From PVC group bacterium (GTDB lineage: Bacteria; Verrucomicrobiota; Kiritimatiellia; CAIKKV01; CAITUY01), in assembly GCA_945890715.1 (NCBI GenBank), contig CAMDCX010000002.1, forward strand, positions 11,869 to 75,868: a DNA stretch of 64,000 nucleotides, read 5' to 3'. The notes under the pieces were generated by a model that was not told where the DNA came from, made no database searches, and saw only the letters and a program-made list of their open reading frames with translations. Shown one piece after another: positions 17,822 through 27,300 of the stretch. Position numbers and translations under genes: made by a program. Each line of letters starts with the position of its first letter. The first letter of the stretch is position 1.

Positions 17822-18859
17822 ATGCGAGTACTGGTGACGGGTGGAGCCGGTTTTATTGGTAGCCATGTTGCGGAATACTATGCCCGCCGGGATAACGAGG
17901 TGGTGATCTATGACAACCTGTCACGGGCCCGTCTTCTCAATTGCGATGACCGTAACGCGCGGCACAACTGGGACTATCTCGGGAATTTCAAAAACATCCG
18001 GCGTGTGTGTGAGGATGTATGCAATCTTGCGGCTCTGGAGCCGCATTGCCGGCACGCTGATGTGATTTTTCACATTGCCGGCCAGACGGCGGTAACGACC
18101 TCGGTTCAGGAACCCCGCCCCGATTTTGAAACAAACGCCATGGGTACCTTCAACCTGCTTGAGGCGATCCGGCGGAGCGGCGAGCGGAAGACGGTGGTGT
18201 ATTGTTCGACGAACAAGGTTTATGGCGACAACGTCAATGATGTCGAATTGATTGAGGACGCGAAACGATACACGCTTACCGGTCAGTACAAGCAGGGGAT
18301 TCCGGAAACCTTTTCGGTGGATCATTGCAAGCACACGCCGTATGGGTGTTCAAAGCTGACGGCTGACCTGTATATGCAGGAATGGGCGAGATTGTACGGA
18401 CACCGTATCGGCGTGTTCAGAATGTCGTGCATCTATGGAACCCGCCAGTTTGGATTTGAGGATCAGGGATGGGTCGCCTGGTTTGTCATTGCCGCGCTCA
18501 AGGGCCGACCGATCACGATTTACGGGGACGGGAAGCAGGTTCGCGATGTTCTTGAGGTGAGCGACCTGGTGGCTGCGTACGACCGGTTTGTGATGTCGGA
18601 TAGTCCGCACGGCGTATTCAATACCGGCGGCGGGGTGGACAATACGCTTTCGTTGCTGGAGTTGATTTCCATGATTGAGCAGAAAATCGGGAAGCCCATT
18701 CCCCTGAAGTTCATGGACTGGCGGCCGAGTGACCAGAAGGCTTATGTTTCGGATATTCGAAAAGCCACCACAGTGCTGGGGTGGAAACCCGGCGTGAGTC
18801 CGGCGGCAGGGGTTGCGAAATTATTTGATTGGGTGAAACAAAACCAGGCGCTGTGGTGA
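17822..18859 (+). CDS. NAD-dependent sugar epimerase/dehydratase (SDR family)
   Basis: MRVLVTGGAGFIGSH and catalytic YGCSKLTAD. The ATG at 17822 follows an AAAGGGG SD; the GTG at 17816 is an alternative start. Confidence 0.8.
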   Translation: MRVLVTGGAGFIGSHVAEYYARRDNEVVIYDNLSRARLLNCDDRNARHNWDYLGNFKNIRRVCEDVCNLAALEPHCRHADVIFHIAGQTAVTTSVQEPRPDFETNAMGTFNLLEAIRRSGERKTVVYCSTNKVYGDNVNDVELIEDAKRYTLTGQYKQGIPETFSVDHCKHTPYGCSKLTADLYMQEWARLYGHRIGVFRMSCIYGTRQFGFEDQGWVAWFVIAALKGRPITIYGDGKQVRDVLEVSDLVAAYDRFVMSDSPHGVFNTGGGVDNTLSLLELISMIEQKIGKPIPLKFMDWRPSDQKAYVSDIRKATTVLGWKPGVSPAAGVAKLFDWVKQNQALW

Positions 18860-18903
18860 TGGGGCGATGCTCCCGAAGGGGGCGGTCGTAATGGAAGGAT
18901 TTC

Positions 18904-20028
18904 GTGAAGATACTGATCATTGAGTACCGGGATATCACCCACCCCGAGGCCGGTGGCGCCGAGGTCATTCTGCTGGAGATATTCAAGCGGATTGTGGCTC
19001 AGGGGCACACGGTGGATTATTTGTGCAACGGCCATGGCCGGGCTGCGCGGGAAGAGGTTATTGAAGGAATCCGAATCCTGCGGAGGGGACGTCAGCCCTA
19101 TTTCAATATTATTGTTCCGTGGGTCTATCGGTTTGAATTGAAGAAGAACGGCTATGATGTGATCATCGAAGGGATCGACAAGCTGCCCTTTTTCATGCCC
19201 TTGTTTGAGCGTAACGTTCCGGTGCTCTGCGTGATTCCGCACCTTTTCGGCACCACGGTTTTCCGGGAAGCCTCGTTTCTGGTGGGCTCCTATGTCTACT
19301 TGTATGAACGCCTCATTCCGTTCGTCTATCGCAAGTGCATGTTCTCTGTGTTGTCCCAGGGAACGCGGGATGATTTGATTGGGCGTGGAATTCCGGCTCA
19401 ACAACTTAAGGTGATTTACAGCGGTCTTTCCCAGGATCAATACGATGCGCCCTCCCGGAAGCCTGTCGCCGACCACCCCATTCTGATCTATCTTGGCCGC
19501 ATCAAAAAATATAAGGGGATTGAACTGGGAGTTGAGGCCGTGAGGCTTTTAAAGGATAAGTATCCCTCGATTGAGTATCAGGTGGTGGGAACCGGGGACT
19601 ATCTGGATGACTTAAAGAGCCTAGTCTCGCGTGCCGGGGTGAATGACCGAGTGTCGTTTTTAGGGCACAAGCGGGGGCGTGAAAAGACGGCTCTGCTTCA
19701 ACAGGCGAATGTGCTTCTCTATACCTCGCCCAAGGAAGGGTGGGGGCTGTCCGTTGTGGAGGCCAATTTATGCGGAACCGTGGTGGTGGCCAGTGATGCC
19801 CAGGGGTTGCGCGAGTCGGTTGTGAACGGCAAGACCGGCTTTCTGGTGAAACATGGCGATGTGCCAGCCCTGGCGCAGCGGATTGACGAGTTGCTCTCCA
19901 ATCCGGCCTTGTACGACGCCATGCGGGCAGAGGCCATTACCTGGGCGAAGTCATTTACCTGGGAACGGGCAACCGGTGAAACCCTGGCGCTGATTCAAGA
20001 GGAATGCCGACGTTTTTCGTCTACCTGA
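18904..20028 (+). CDS. Glycosyltransferase family 4
   Basis: C-terminal GT-B signature SPKEGWGLSVVEANLCGTVVVASDAQGLRESVVNGKTGFLV. GTG start after GGAAGGA. Confidence 0.8.
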   Translation: MKILIIEYRDITHPEAGGAEVILLEIFKRIVAQGHTVDYLCNGHGRAAREEVIEGIRILRRGRQPYFNIIVPWVYRFELKKNGYDVIIEGIDKLPFFMPLFERNVPVLCVIPHLFGTTVFREASFLVGSYVYLYERLIPFVYRKCMFSVLSQGTRDDLIGRGIPAQQLKVIYSGLSQDQYDAPSRKPVADHPILIYLGRIKKYKGIELGVEAVRLLKDKYPSIEYQVVGTGDYLDDLKSLVSRAGVNDRVSFLGHKRGREKTALLQQANVLLYTSPKEGWGLSVVEANLCGTVVVASDAQGLRESVVNGKTGFLVKHGDVPALAQRIDELLSNPALYDAMRAEAITWAKSFTWERATGETLALIQEECRRFSST

Positions 20029-20053
20029 ACCTTCCGTTTTCGGTGATTCCGGT

Positions 20054-21886
20054 TTACGCAAATCCTGTTTTTTTCAATACCGACTCATAGGCTTCGGCAT
20101 AATAGCGACCCAGATTATGCCAGTCGAAATGTTCCGAGGCGATCTGGGTCCGGTTACGCTGGTTGATTCGTTCGCGCCGATCCAGTTGCATGAAGTCGAA
20201 TAGCTGGTTGGTCAAGGTGTTTGCCGCGTTGTCGAAAGAGGTATGCCGCCGGTCGAGGACATGCAGGCCATCCTTGGCATGATCCGGGATGTTGCTCTCG
20301 AGATAGGTTCCAAAGCCCGACAAGTTGCTCGTGATGGAGGGGAGCCCCAGTGCGGCACATTCCAGGGGCGCATAGCCCCACGGCTCGTAGGAGCTCGGGA
20401 AGATGCCGAGGTGGCACCCCCGCACAAACTGATCGTAATCCATCCCGAAAAGCGGATCGTTGGTGGTGACGAAGTCGGGGTGATAGACCACCTTGACGGG
20501 ATCCGAAGGCTGGTTGAACAGTTGGCAGGATCGCAACTGGTTGAGCACCTCGTCATGCTGGTCATCCACCAGATCATGCGTGACAATCGTGGGCATGTTT
20601 TTTGTTTTCCAGACATGCATGAGCCGGCGCAGGCGCAGGCGCCAGTAATCATCCACCAGTTCATCCATGTCGGGATATTTGCCCATGGAGGCCGAGACAA
20701 ACAATCGTTCCTCGATCTGGTGCGCGATGGCGCGGCAATCATCCCGCATCTCCTGCATCATGGCGCGGCGGTGAAGCGCTTCGGCGTTGATGGAGCGGAT
20801 CGGCTGACGGGTGATGACGAAGAACACCACCGTTTTGTTGGTGCCGGCCATTTTCATGCGGTGGTTGAGACGGGCCAGTGATTCGATGGTGAGATCAAAT
20901 CCCTTGTTGCGATACTCAAACCGGCCGGAGGTGAAGAAATACATCGTCCGATCGAGGTCGAACGAATAGCTCGGAAAGAAATGGGCCACCACGAAATCGT
21001 TAATTTTTTCCTTGTAGACACGGTGCAGGTTCTGGAATTCGTGAAGCGCCACGAACCGCTCGATGTTCAGCCCGTTGGGCACCAGGACATCGGGTTTCCG
21101 CCCGAGCAGGTGCTCGCATTCGAGACCGGTGATATCACTGACAGTGGAGAAGATGTGGCTTCCGTGGGCGGCGGCGCGTTCCAGCCGGACTTGAGCCTCG
21201 ATATTGAACCGCCGGGCGTCCGCTTCCCAGTCCACGAACGGCAGATGATCATAAAACCACGGATCGTTCATCGCCAGATAACGCCCGAGCAGCGTGGCAT
21301 GTGTGGTGAAAACGATGGACACCGGAATGTTGGCACGCCGGATTTCCGGGATGGCGGAGGCACCCATCCATTCATGGAAATGCCCGATGATTGCACGCTT
21401 TCCGGTTTGGGCCTTAGTGATGGCCCGGAAGCATTGCTCCACGACATACCCGAAGGCACAGACCTGATTGATCAGGTCATCCCCGTCGGGAATGGCGATG
21501 TTGTGGTGTTCCCACAGAAGGTATTTGATCCAGCCCAGCTGGGGAGTGACGGAACGGGGATTCAACAGCAAAACGCGGGGACGCCCGGTGATCAGCCAAT
21601 GACCGTAATGCGCCTCAATACCCTGCTCGTTGAGCGATTGAATCACCTCATGAAAAATCCCCGTGGGCTGGACTTCTTCAAATTCGGTTTGTGAGGTCTG
21701 GGGATTGTACGGGCCGATCAGGCAATACCGGGAGCCCCATTGTTCCACGATGCTGGGCACCTTGGAGCGGATCACAGTGTAGATGCCCCCCAATTGCTGG
21801 CACACTTCCCAGGCCACCTCAAAAAGAATCGGCTTGGTTGAGGATACGGATTCGAGAGAACTTTCAGCGCTACTCTGTTTTGTCAT
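20054..21886 (-). CDS. Glycogen synthase, GT3 (animal/fungal-type) family
   Basis: ILFEVAWEVCQQLGGIYTVIRSKVPSIVEQWGSRYCLIGPY matches the eukaryotic glycogen synthase N-terminal signature. Length is 610 aa. Confidence 0.8.
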   Translation of the reverse strand: MTKQSSAESSLESVSSTKPILFEVAWEVCQQLGGIYTVIRSKVPSIVEQWGSRYCLIGPYNPQTSQTEFEEVQPTGIFHEVIQSLNEQGIEAHYGHWLITGRPRVLLLNPRSVTPQLGWIKYLLWEHHNIAIPDGDDLINQVCAFGYVVEQCFRAITKAQTGKRAIIGHFHEWMGASAIPEIRRANIPVSIVFTTHATLLGRYLAMNDPWFYDHLPFVDWEADARRFNIEAQVRLERAAAHGSHIFSTVSDITGLECEHLLGRKPDVLVPNGLNIERFVALHEFQNLHRVYKEKINDFVVAHFFPSYSFDLDRTMYFFTSGRFEYRNKGFDLTIESLARLNHRMKMAGTNKTVVFFVITRQPIRSINAEALHRRAMMQEMRDDCRAIAHQIEERLFVSASMGKYPDMDELVDDYWRLRLRRLMHVWKTKNMPTIVTHDLVDDQHDEVLNQLRSCQLFNQPSDPVKVVYHPDFVTTNDPLFGMDYDQFVRGCHLGIFPSSYEPWGYAPLECAALGLPSITSNLSGFGTYLESNIPDHAKDGLHVLDRRHTSFDNAANTLTNQLFDFMQLDRRERINQRNRTQIASEHFDWHNLGRYYAEAYESVLKKTGFA

Positions 21887-21987
21887 GGTGAACCCCGTTT
21901 TTGATTCGTCGCCACACTTCTACACTCCGGAGTTACGGCAGGCAAGCGACAATTCGGTTTAAACCCAAAGAAAAACATGAAAATTGT

Positions 21988-22055
21988 TTGACGGGTGGTG
22001 GGGCGAAGTGGTTCATTGTGTCGCAAGAGTACATCATTGTGGGGCACTTGTGCAG
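21988..22055 (+). promoter_or_regulatory. Candidate dcw promoter / MraZ operator region
   Basis: TTGACG at 21988-21993. It is followed by TG-started pentamers at about 10-bp phase: TGGGG 21999, TGGTT 22009, TGTCG 22019, TGGGG 22040, TGCAG 22051. This resembles the phased TGGGN repeats bound by MraZ. Confidence 0.25.
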
Positions 22056-22103
22056 TCAAAGGAAAAAACGGATATTCCGGCAGGGTCTGGAGCAGGGGTT
22101 TTT

Positions 22104-22532
22104 ATGGGTTCCTATACCCATTCCCTGGATCCCAAGAAGCGCCTGACGATTCCTTCCGAGTGGAGGGATCATTCGGGTACACCGGGAAGCCTCTATGTCC
22201 TACCCGGACTCGAAGACATGCGATATCTGATGGTATTTCCGGCCCGTGAAATGGTGCAGCGTTTGCAGAGCATTCGCAGTCTTTCGATTGCGGACACCAA
22301 GGGGCGGCAGTTCGCCCGGTTGCTGGGATCGCAATCCCAGCTGGCTCCGTGGGATTCGGCCGGCCGGATTCGCGTGAATGACAGTTTATTGGAGCACGCC
22401 CAGTTCTCGGATCAGGTGGTTCTGATCGGGGCGATTGACCATTTTGAGTTGTGGAGTCCGGTGTTATGGAAACAGGCGGGGCTGAAGGCGGCCTCGGAAC
22501 TGGGTGAAGCCGCCCGTTATGTGGGCTTCTAA
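22104..22532 (+). CDS. mraZ: Transcriptional regulator MraZ
   Basis: MGSYTHSLDPKKRLTIPSEWR... plus a second SpoVT/AbrB-like half (DSAGRIRVNDSLLEHA). The upstream in-frame extension to 21984 was not used. Confidence 0.85.
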   Translation: MGSYTHSLDPKKRLTIPSEWRDHSGTPGSLYVLPGLEDMRYLMVFPAREMVQRLQSIRSLSIADTKGRQFARLLGSQSQLAPWDSAGRIRVNDSLLEHAQFSDQVVLIGAIDHFELWSPVLWKQAGLKAASELGEAARYVGF

Positions 22533-22556
22533 CCCGGCCAACCGGGAGGATTATCA

Positions 22557-22784
22557 ATGCGAGGATCAACAGCCATATTAATGAAGTTGAACGGGTCTCT
22601 CACGGCGTGGCGGGACGCGTTGCCGTGGCGGCGGGCTTCCCTGCGGCGGGCTGATACGGTGGGCAATATGCTTGATTTTCGCCGTGTGGCTGGCGCGGGG
22701 CCGCGGATCATGAGCACGGTGGTGTGTCACCACACGATCCGCAACCCGGAGACCTTTCATGCATCAGGCCGTACTGCTCACTGA
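22557..22784 (+). CDS. Hypothetical 75-aa Arg-rich ORF in the mraZ-rsmH spacer (uncertain)
   Basis: A canonical SD GGAGG lies 7 nt upstream of the ATG. Third codon positions are G/C-rich. No recognisable motif. The ORF overlaps the rsmH start by 26 nt. Confidence 0.25.
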   Translation: MRGSTAILMKLNGSLTAWRDALPWRRASLRRADTVGNMLDFRRVAGAGPRIMSTVVCHHTIRNPETFHASGRTAH

Positions 22785-23682
22785 AGTGATGACCTGGCTC
22801 CGGCCCCGGCCGGGCGGGGTTTTTGTGGATGGAACTCTGGGCGGGGGTGGCCACACCGGGGCGATTGCCGAGGCGGTCGGCCCTTCAGGACGAGTGCTGA
22901 CGATGGATCAGGATGCGGGTGCGCTTGATCGGGCCCGCCGGAATTTGGGTGAACGGGTGTCCCGGTGCACGCTGGTACAAGGCAGTTTTGCCCGGATGGA
23001 TGAGCTGGCTACGGCCCATGGGTTCACGACGGTGGACGGGGTGCTGTTGGATATCGGGATTTCATCGGATCAACTCGATGATCCAGGACGCGGCTTTAGT
23101 TTCATGCGGGAAGGCCCGCTGGATATGAGAATGGATTTGAGCCGACCGGTTACGGCTGCGGATTTGTTGAATACGTTGGATGAGTGGGCACTGGCGGACC
23201 TCTTTAAGCGATATGGCGAGGAACCACGGGCCCGGGCGATTGCGGGACGGGTTGTACGGCAAAGGATGACCGAGCCTTTCCGATCCACCCGGCAGTTCGC
23301 GGATCTGGTGGAGGCGGTGTATGGCGGACGGCGAGGGCGGATTCATCCGGCGACGCTGGTGTTTCAGGCGCTCCGGATTGCCGTTAACGGTGAACTTGAA
23401 GCCTTGGAACAAGGCCTGGAGGCGGGTCTCCGGATTCTGGCACCGGGCGGAAGGATGGCGGTGATTTCCTTCCATAGTCTGGAAGACCGTCTGGTGAAAC
23501 GATTTTTTGTGGAACATCAGGGGCGATTGGAGTCCCTGCCTGAAGGCGGAGCGAACTGGGTCGGAACGCTTCCGGAAATGAGAATTTTGACCCGGAAGCC
23601 GGTCATGGCGGCGGATGAGGAATGTCGGGAAAATCCGCGTGCGCGGTCGGCAAAACTGCGCGTGGCGGAACGAAAGGATTAG
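22759..23682 (+). CDS. rsmH: 16S rRNA (cytosine1402-N4)-methyltransferase
   Basis: HQAVLLTEVMTWL...GVFVDGTLGGGGHT...DGVLLDIGISSDQLD...ISFHSLEDRLVK. Confidence 0.9.
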   Translation: MHQAVLLTEVMTWLRPRPGGVFVDGTLGGGGHTGAIAEAVGPSGRVLTMDQDAGALDRARRNLGERVSRCTLVQGSFARMDELATAHGFTTVDGVLLDIGISSDQLDDPGRGFSFMREGPLDMRMDLSRPVTAADLLNTLDEWALADLFKRYGEEPRARAIAGRVVRQRMTEPFRSTRQFADLVEAVYGGRRGRIHPATLVFQALRIAVNGELEALEQGLEAGLRILAPGGRMAVISFHSLEDRLVKRFFVEHQGRLESLPEGGANWVGTLPEMRILTRKPVMAADEECRENPRARSAKLRVAERKD

Positions 23683-24078
23683 ATGATGATCAAGAAAAAT
23701 AGAAAAAAAACGCAAACTAAATTTCCCGTTCCCATTCCTCTGGTGGCCTTGGTGCTTGTGTTGGCGGGGCTATCCCTGGTCTATGTTTGTCTGCAATCCC
23801 GGACTGAGACCCTGGGCCGCGAAATCAAGCAGCTTGAGGTCGTTCGGGATCGTCTGCGCGATCAACTCGTCAGGAATCAGTGTGAGTGGGCACGATTGCA
23901 GTCGCCCTCCAACCTGGAGCAGGCCTTGAAATTGCACGGACTGGTCATGACCTGGCCTAACCGGGATCAGATTGTCCGTATTCGTTATGATGGATCGCTT
24001 GACACCCTGCGTGGCCTTGAAAGTCGTCAGGCGTCGCGTGTGGCGCGGGCTGACAGGATTGTGATGAATGTCAACTGA
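23683..24078 (+). CDS. ftsL: Cell division protein FtsL-like (bitopic, coiled coil)
   Basis: Position between rsmH and ftsI. Basic N-terminus, one TM segment (PIPLVALVLVLAGLSLVYV), then a coiled-coil-like segment. Confidence 0.6.
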   Translation: MMIKKNRKKTQTKFPVPIPLVALVLVLAGLSLVYVCLQSRTETLGREIKQLEVVRDRLRDQLVRNQCEWARLQSPSNLEQALKLHGLVMTWPNRDQIVRIRYDGSLDTLRGLESRQASRVARADRIVMNVN

Positions 24079-25822
24079 GACTCGGGGATCAACCAGATGT
24101 GTCATCATTGTGGTCCTGCTGGGCCTGGCGATGGTGGGACTGGTGATTCGCCTGGTGGTGTTGCATCTCGAAAATCCCGAACAGGATCGGGCTACCGCCG
24201 CCAAAACACGAACCTTCAAACAGACCCTTTCTGTTCCCCGGGGGCGCATTCTGGATGGGAGTTCCTCTGCCGGAATTCTGGCGCTGAACATAGGAGTGAA
24301 GGATATCTGGGCTGATCCTTCCCTTTTGATGGCAAGCAATCTTGTTTCCCGCACCGTAGCACGGTTGAGCACCCTATTGGAGTTCAATGTCGCCGAGGTG
24401 ACGGAGCGGCTGTGCAGGACAAACAGCCGGTTCGCTTATATTGCAAGGTCGGTTCCGGAAGAGAAGGCTGATGAAGTGGCAAGTCTCAAGTTGCCCGGGA
24501 TCCATAGGGATGACGCCTCCACCCGGTCGTATCCGCAGAATCTCCTGTTGTGCCAGGTGCTGGGATTTGTGAATAGCGACGGGGTCGGGTCATGGGGTCT
24601 GGAACAGCTCATGGAGAAGTATCTCAAGGGAAGCCCCGGCCTGATTGAAAGCCGACTGGATGGTCGCCGTCGGGAAATGATGGATCGCAGGATTCGCGAA
24701 GTCCCGGCCAAGGATGGCGCCGATGTGGTGCTGACGATTGATCAGAATCTCCAGTACATGGTTGAGAAAGCCCTGGATTCGGCGATGGAACGAAACCGCG
24801 CCCGGGCGGCCTTTGTCATTATGCAGCGGATCCGCACGGGTGAGATTCTGGCCATGGCCAGCCGGCCTGCGTTTGATCCCAACCGCTATCGTGAGGCCCG
24901 GGATCCACAGAAAATCAACCGGGCAATCAGCCATACGTATGAACCGGGCTCCACCTTCAAGGTGTCGGTCATTGCAGGCGCTTTGGATGCGGGGGTTGTG
25001 AAGCCGGAAACGATGTTCGATACCGAAAACGGACGCTGGCTTTATCAGGCGAGGATCCTGAGGGATTATCACGCCTATACCCGTCTGAATGTTGCGGATA
25101 TCCTGAAGAAGTCCAGCAACATCGGCGCTGCCAAAATTGCGATCATGTTGGGCAATCAGCGGATGGATCAGTATCTTCGCGCCTTTCATGTCGGCAGCAA
25201 GTTGGGGATTGATCTTCCCGGGGAAGAGGGCGGCATTTATCCGCCCGTCGCCAAGTGGGCGCCCATCAGTTCAAGCCGGATTGCCATCGGGCAGGGAGTC
25301 TCGGTTACCGGGCTCCAGATGCTGAGCATTCTTTGCACGATCGCCAATGATGGGGTAGTGATGAAACCCTTCATCATCAAGCAGGTTGTTGCCGCCGATG
25401 GGACGGTGTTGTTGCGTCGGCAGCCCGAAGCGTTGCGTCGGGCGATTCGATCCGATACGGCCGCGTTGATGTGCTCTCTTCTGGCCCGTGTCTGTGAAGA
25501 GGGCGGAACAGGGACGAAGGCGGGGGTCGAGGGGTTTCGGGTGGCCGGAAAAACCGGAACCGCGCAAAAGGTGATCGGCGGGCATTATTCCGAAACGGAT
25601 TACATGGCTTCCTTTGTAGGGTTTTTGCCTGCGGAAAACCCGGAAATCGGCATGATTGTGGTTTTTGATGAACCTCAGCCGCTTCATACCGGCGGGGCGG
25701 TTTCGGCGCCTGTGTTTGGGGAAATCGCGGAGCAGGCGGTGCGTTACCTGGGAATCCTTCCGGCTGAAGGGTCGGCTCCGGTACATCGCGCGGCCCCATC
25801 GACCAGCAATGAGACTTTCTAA
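24068..25822 (+). CDS. ftsI: Peptidoglycan D,D-transpeptidase (PBP3/FtsI)
   Basis: SxxK (GSTFK), SxN (SSN) and KTG(T) (KTGTA) motifs; N-terminal TM anchor. Confidence 0.9.
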   Translation: MSTETRGSTRCVIIVVLLGLAMVGLVIRLVVLHLENPEQDRATAAKTRTFKQTLSVPRGRILDGSSSAGILALNIGVKDIWADPSLLMASNLVSRTVARLSTLLEFNVAEVTERLCRTNSRFAYIARSVPEEKADEVASLKLPGIHRDDASTRSYPQNLLLCQVLGFVNSDGVGSWGLEQLMEKYLKGSPGLIESRLDGRRREMMDRRIREVPAKDGADVVLTIDQNLQYMVEKALDSAMERNRARAAFVIMQRIRTGEILAMASRPAFDPNRYREARDPQKINRAISHTYEPGSTFKVSVIAGALDAGVVKPETMFDTENGRWLYQARILRDYHAYTRLNVADILKKSSNIGAAKIAIMLGNQRMDQYLRAFHVGSKLGIDLPGEEGGIYPPVAKWAPISSSRIAIGQGVSVTGLQMLSILCTIANDGVVMKPFIIKQVVAADGTVLLRRQPEALRRAIRSDTAALMCSLLARVCEEGGTGTKAGVEGFRVAGKTGTAQKVIGGHYSETDYMASFVGFLPAENPEIGMIVVFDEPQPLHTGGAVSAPVFGEIAEQAVRYLGILPAEGSAPVHRAAPSTSNETF

Positions 25823-27300
25823 TGAAACTATCCGCACTGCTTAGTCAAATCAGTCACCTCGGAGTTCGAGGGACGGTGGACCGTCCTGTTTCGGGACTTG
25901 CCTATGATTCCCGGAAAGTTCTGGCCGACGGACTTTTTGTCGCCATTCCCGGCTCGAAACATGATGGGTTTGAGTACGTCGAGGACGCCGTCAAGCGCGG
26001 GGCGGGGGTGATTGTCTCGCCGCATACGCGTTCTCCCGGCCGTGATGTCACCCATGTCCAGGTTGAGGATGCGCGAGTGGCCCTGGCGGATCTGGCCAGG
26101 GAATTTTATGGGAATCCGAGTCGTGCTCTGAAGGTCATCGGCATCACCGGAACCAATGGGAAGACGACGACGGCCTTTATGCTCCGGGACAGTCTTGAGG
26201 CGGCCGGTCTGACTCCAGGGTTGATGGGGACAGTGCACTATGAAATCGGCGCACGTATTCTTCCGGCAACCCGGACCACGCCGGAATCTCTGGATGTCCA
26301 GTCGTATTTCGATCAGATGCGTCATGCAGGCTGTCACAGTGCGGTCATGGAAGTGTCGTCGCATGCGTTGGATCAGAACCGGGTGAGGGGGATTGATTTT
26401 GATGTCGTCGTGTTCACCAATCTCACCCGGGATCATCTGGATTATCATCAAACCATGGAACGATATTACGAAGCCAAGCGCCGTCTTTTCACCAGCCTGG
26501 GGCGGAGTGATAAGCCGGGGCTTGCGGTGATCAACCGGGACGATCCGTGGGGGCGCCGGTTGGCGGCGGAGGCCGATATTTCAGCAAAGGTCTTGACCTT
26601 TGGTTTGGATGAAGGTGCGGATGTATGGGCTTGCGATCTGGTGCTGGGACAGGCGGGTAGCGATTTTACGGTACGAAGTCCCTGGGGTGAAAGCCGTGTG
26701 CACACCCCGTTGCTGGGACGTTTCAATCTCCAGAACGCACTGGCGGCGTATGCCGCTGCCCGGGCAATGGGGTTGGAGGAAACGCCTGTGTTGCAAGGAC
26801 TGGCCCGGCGAACTGCCGTGCCGGGTCGTTTGGAGGAAGTGTATACGGCGCGGGATTGGCGTGTCTTTGTGGATTACGCTCATACCGATGATGCGCTGGC
26901 CAATGTTCTTGAAACCCTGCGAGGCTTTACAAAAAATCGCCTGATTGTGGTTTTCGGATGCGGGGGGAATCGGGATCAGACCAAACGGGCTCCGATGGGC
27001 GCGGTGGCGGCACAGTTGGCGGATCTCTCGATCCTGACCTCGGACAATCCCCGCGATGAGGATCCCGCCGCGATTCTGGCCCAGGTTGTCGCCGGATTTG
27101 GTGATCGCTCGAATTATGAAGTGGTGGAAGATCGTTCAAAAGCCATTGAAATGGCCCTGATCATGGCTCGGGACGGGGATAGTGTTCTGATCGCCGGGAA
27201 GGGACATGAAATCACCCAGGAAGTCCGTGGCGCCTATCTGGTGTTTGATGACCGCCAGGTGGTGAGGGCACTTTTGAAGAAAATGGAAGGCGGATCATGA
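25822..27300 (+). CDS. murE: UDP-MurNAc-L-Ala-D-Glu:meso-DAP ligase
   Basis: GITGTNGKTTT P-loop and Mur ligase middle/C-terminal domains (DYAHTDDAL, DNPR), in dcw context. Confidence 0.9.
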   Translation: MKLSALLSQISHLGVRGTVDRPVSGLAYDSRKVLADGLFVAIPGSKHDGFEYVEDAVKRGAGVIVSPHTRSPGRDVTHVQVEDARVALADLAREFYGNPSRALKVIGITGTNGKTTTAFMLRDSLEAAGLTPGLMGTVHYEIGARILPATRTTPESLDVQSYFDQMRHAGCHSAVMEVSSHALDQNRVRGIDFDVVVFTNLTRDHLDYHQTMERYYEAKRRLFTSLGRSDKPGLAVINRDDPWGRRLAAEADISAKVLTFGLDEGADVWACDLVLGQAGSDFTVRSPWGESRVHTPLLGRFNLQNALAAYAAARAMGLEETPVLQGLARRTAVPGRLEEVYTARDWRVFVDYAHTDDALANVLETLRGFTKNRLIVVFGCGGNRDQTKRAPMGAVAAQLADLSILTSDNPRDEDPAAILAQVVAGFGDRSNYEVVEDRSKAIEMALIMARDGDSVLIAGKGHEITQEVRGAYLVFDDRQVVRALLKKMEGGS

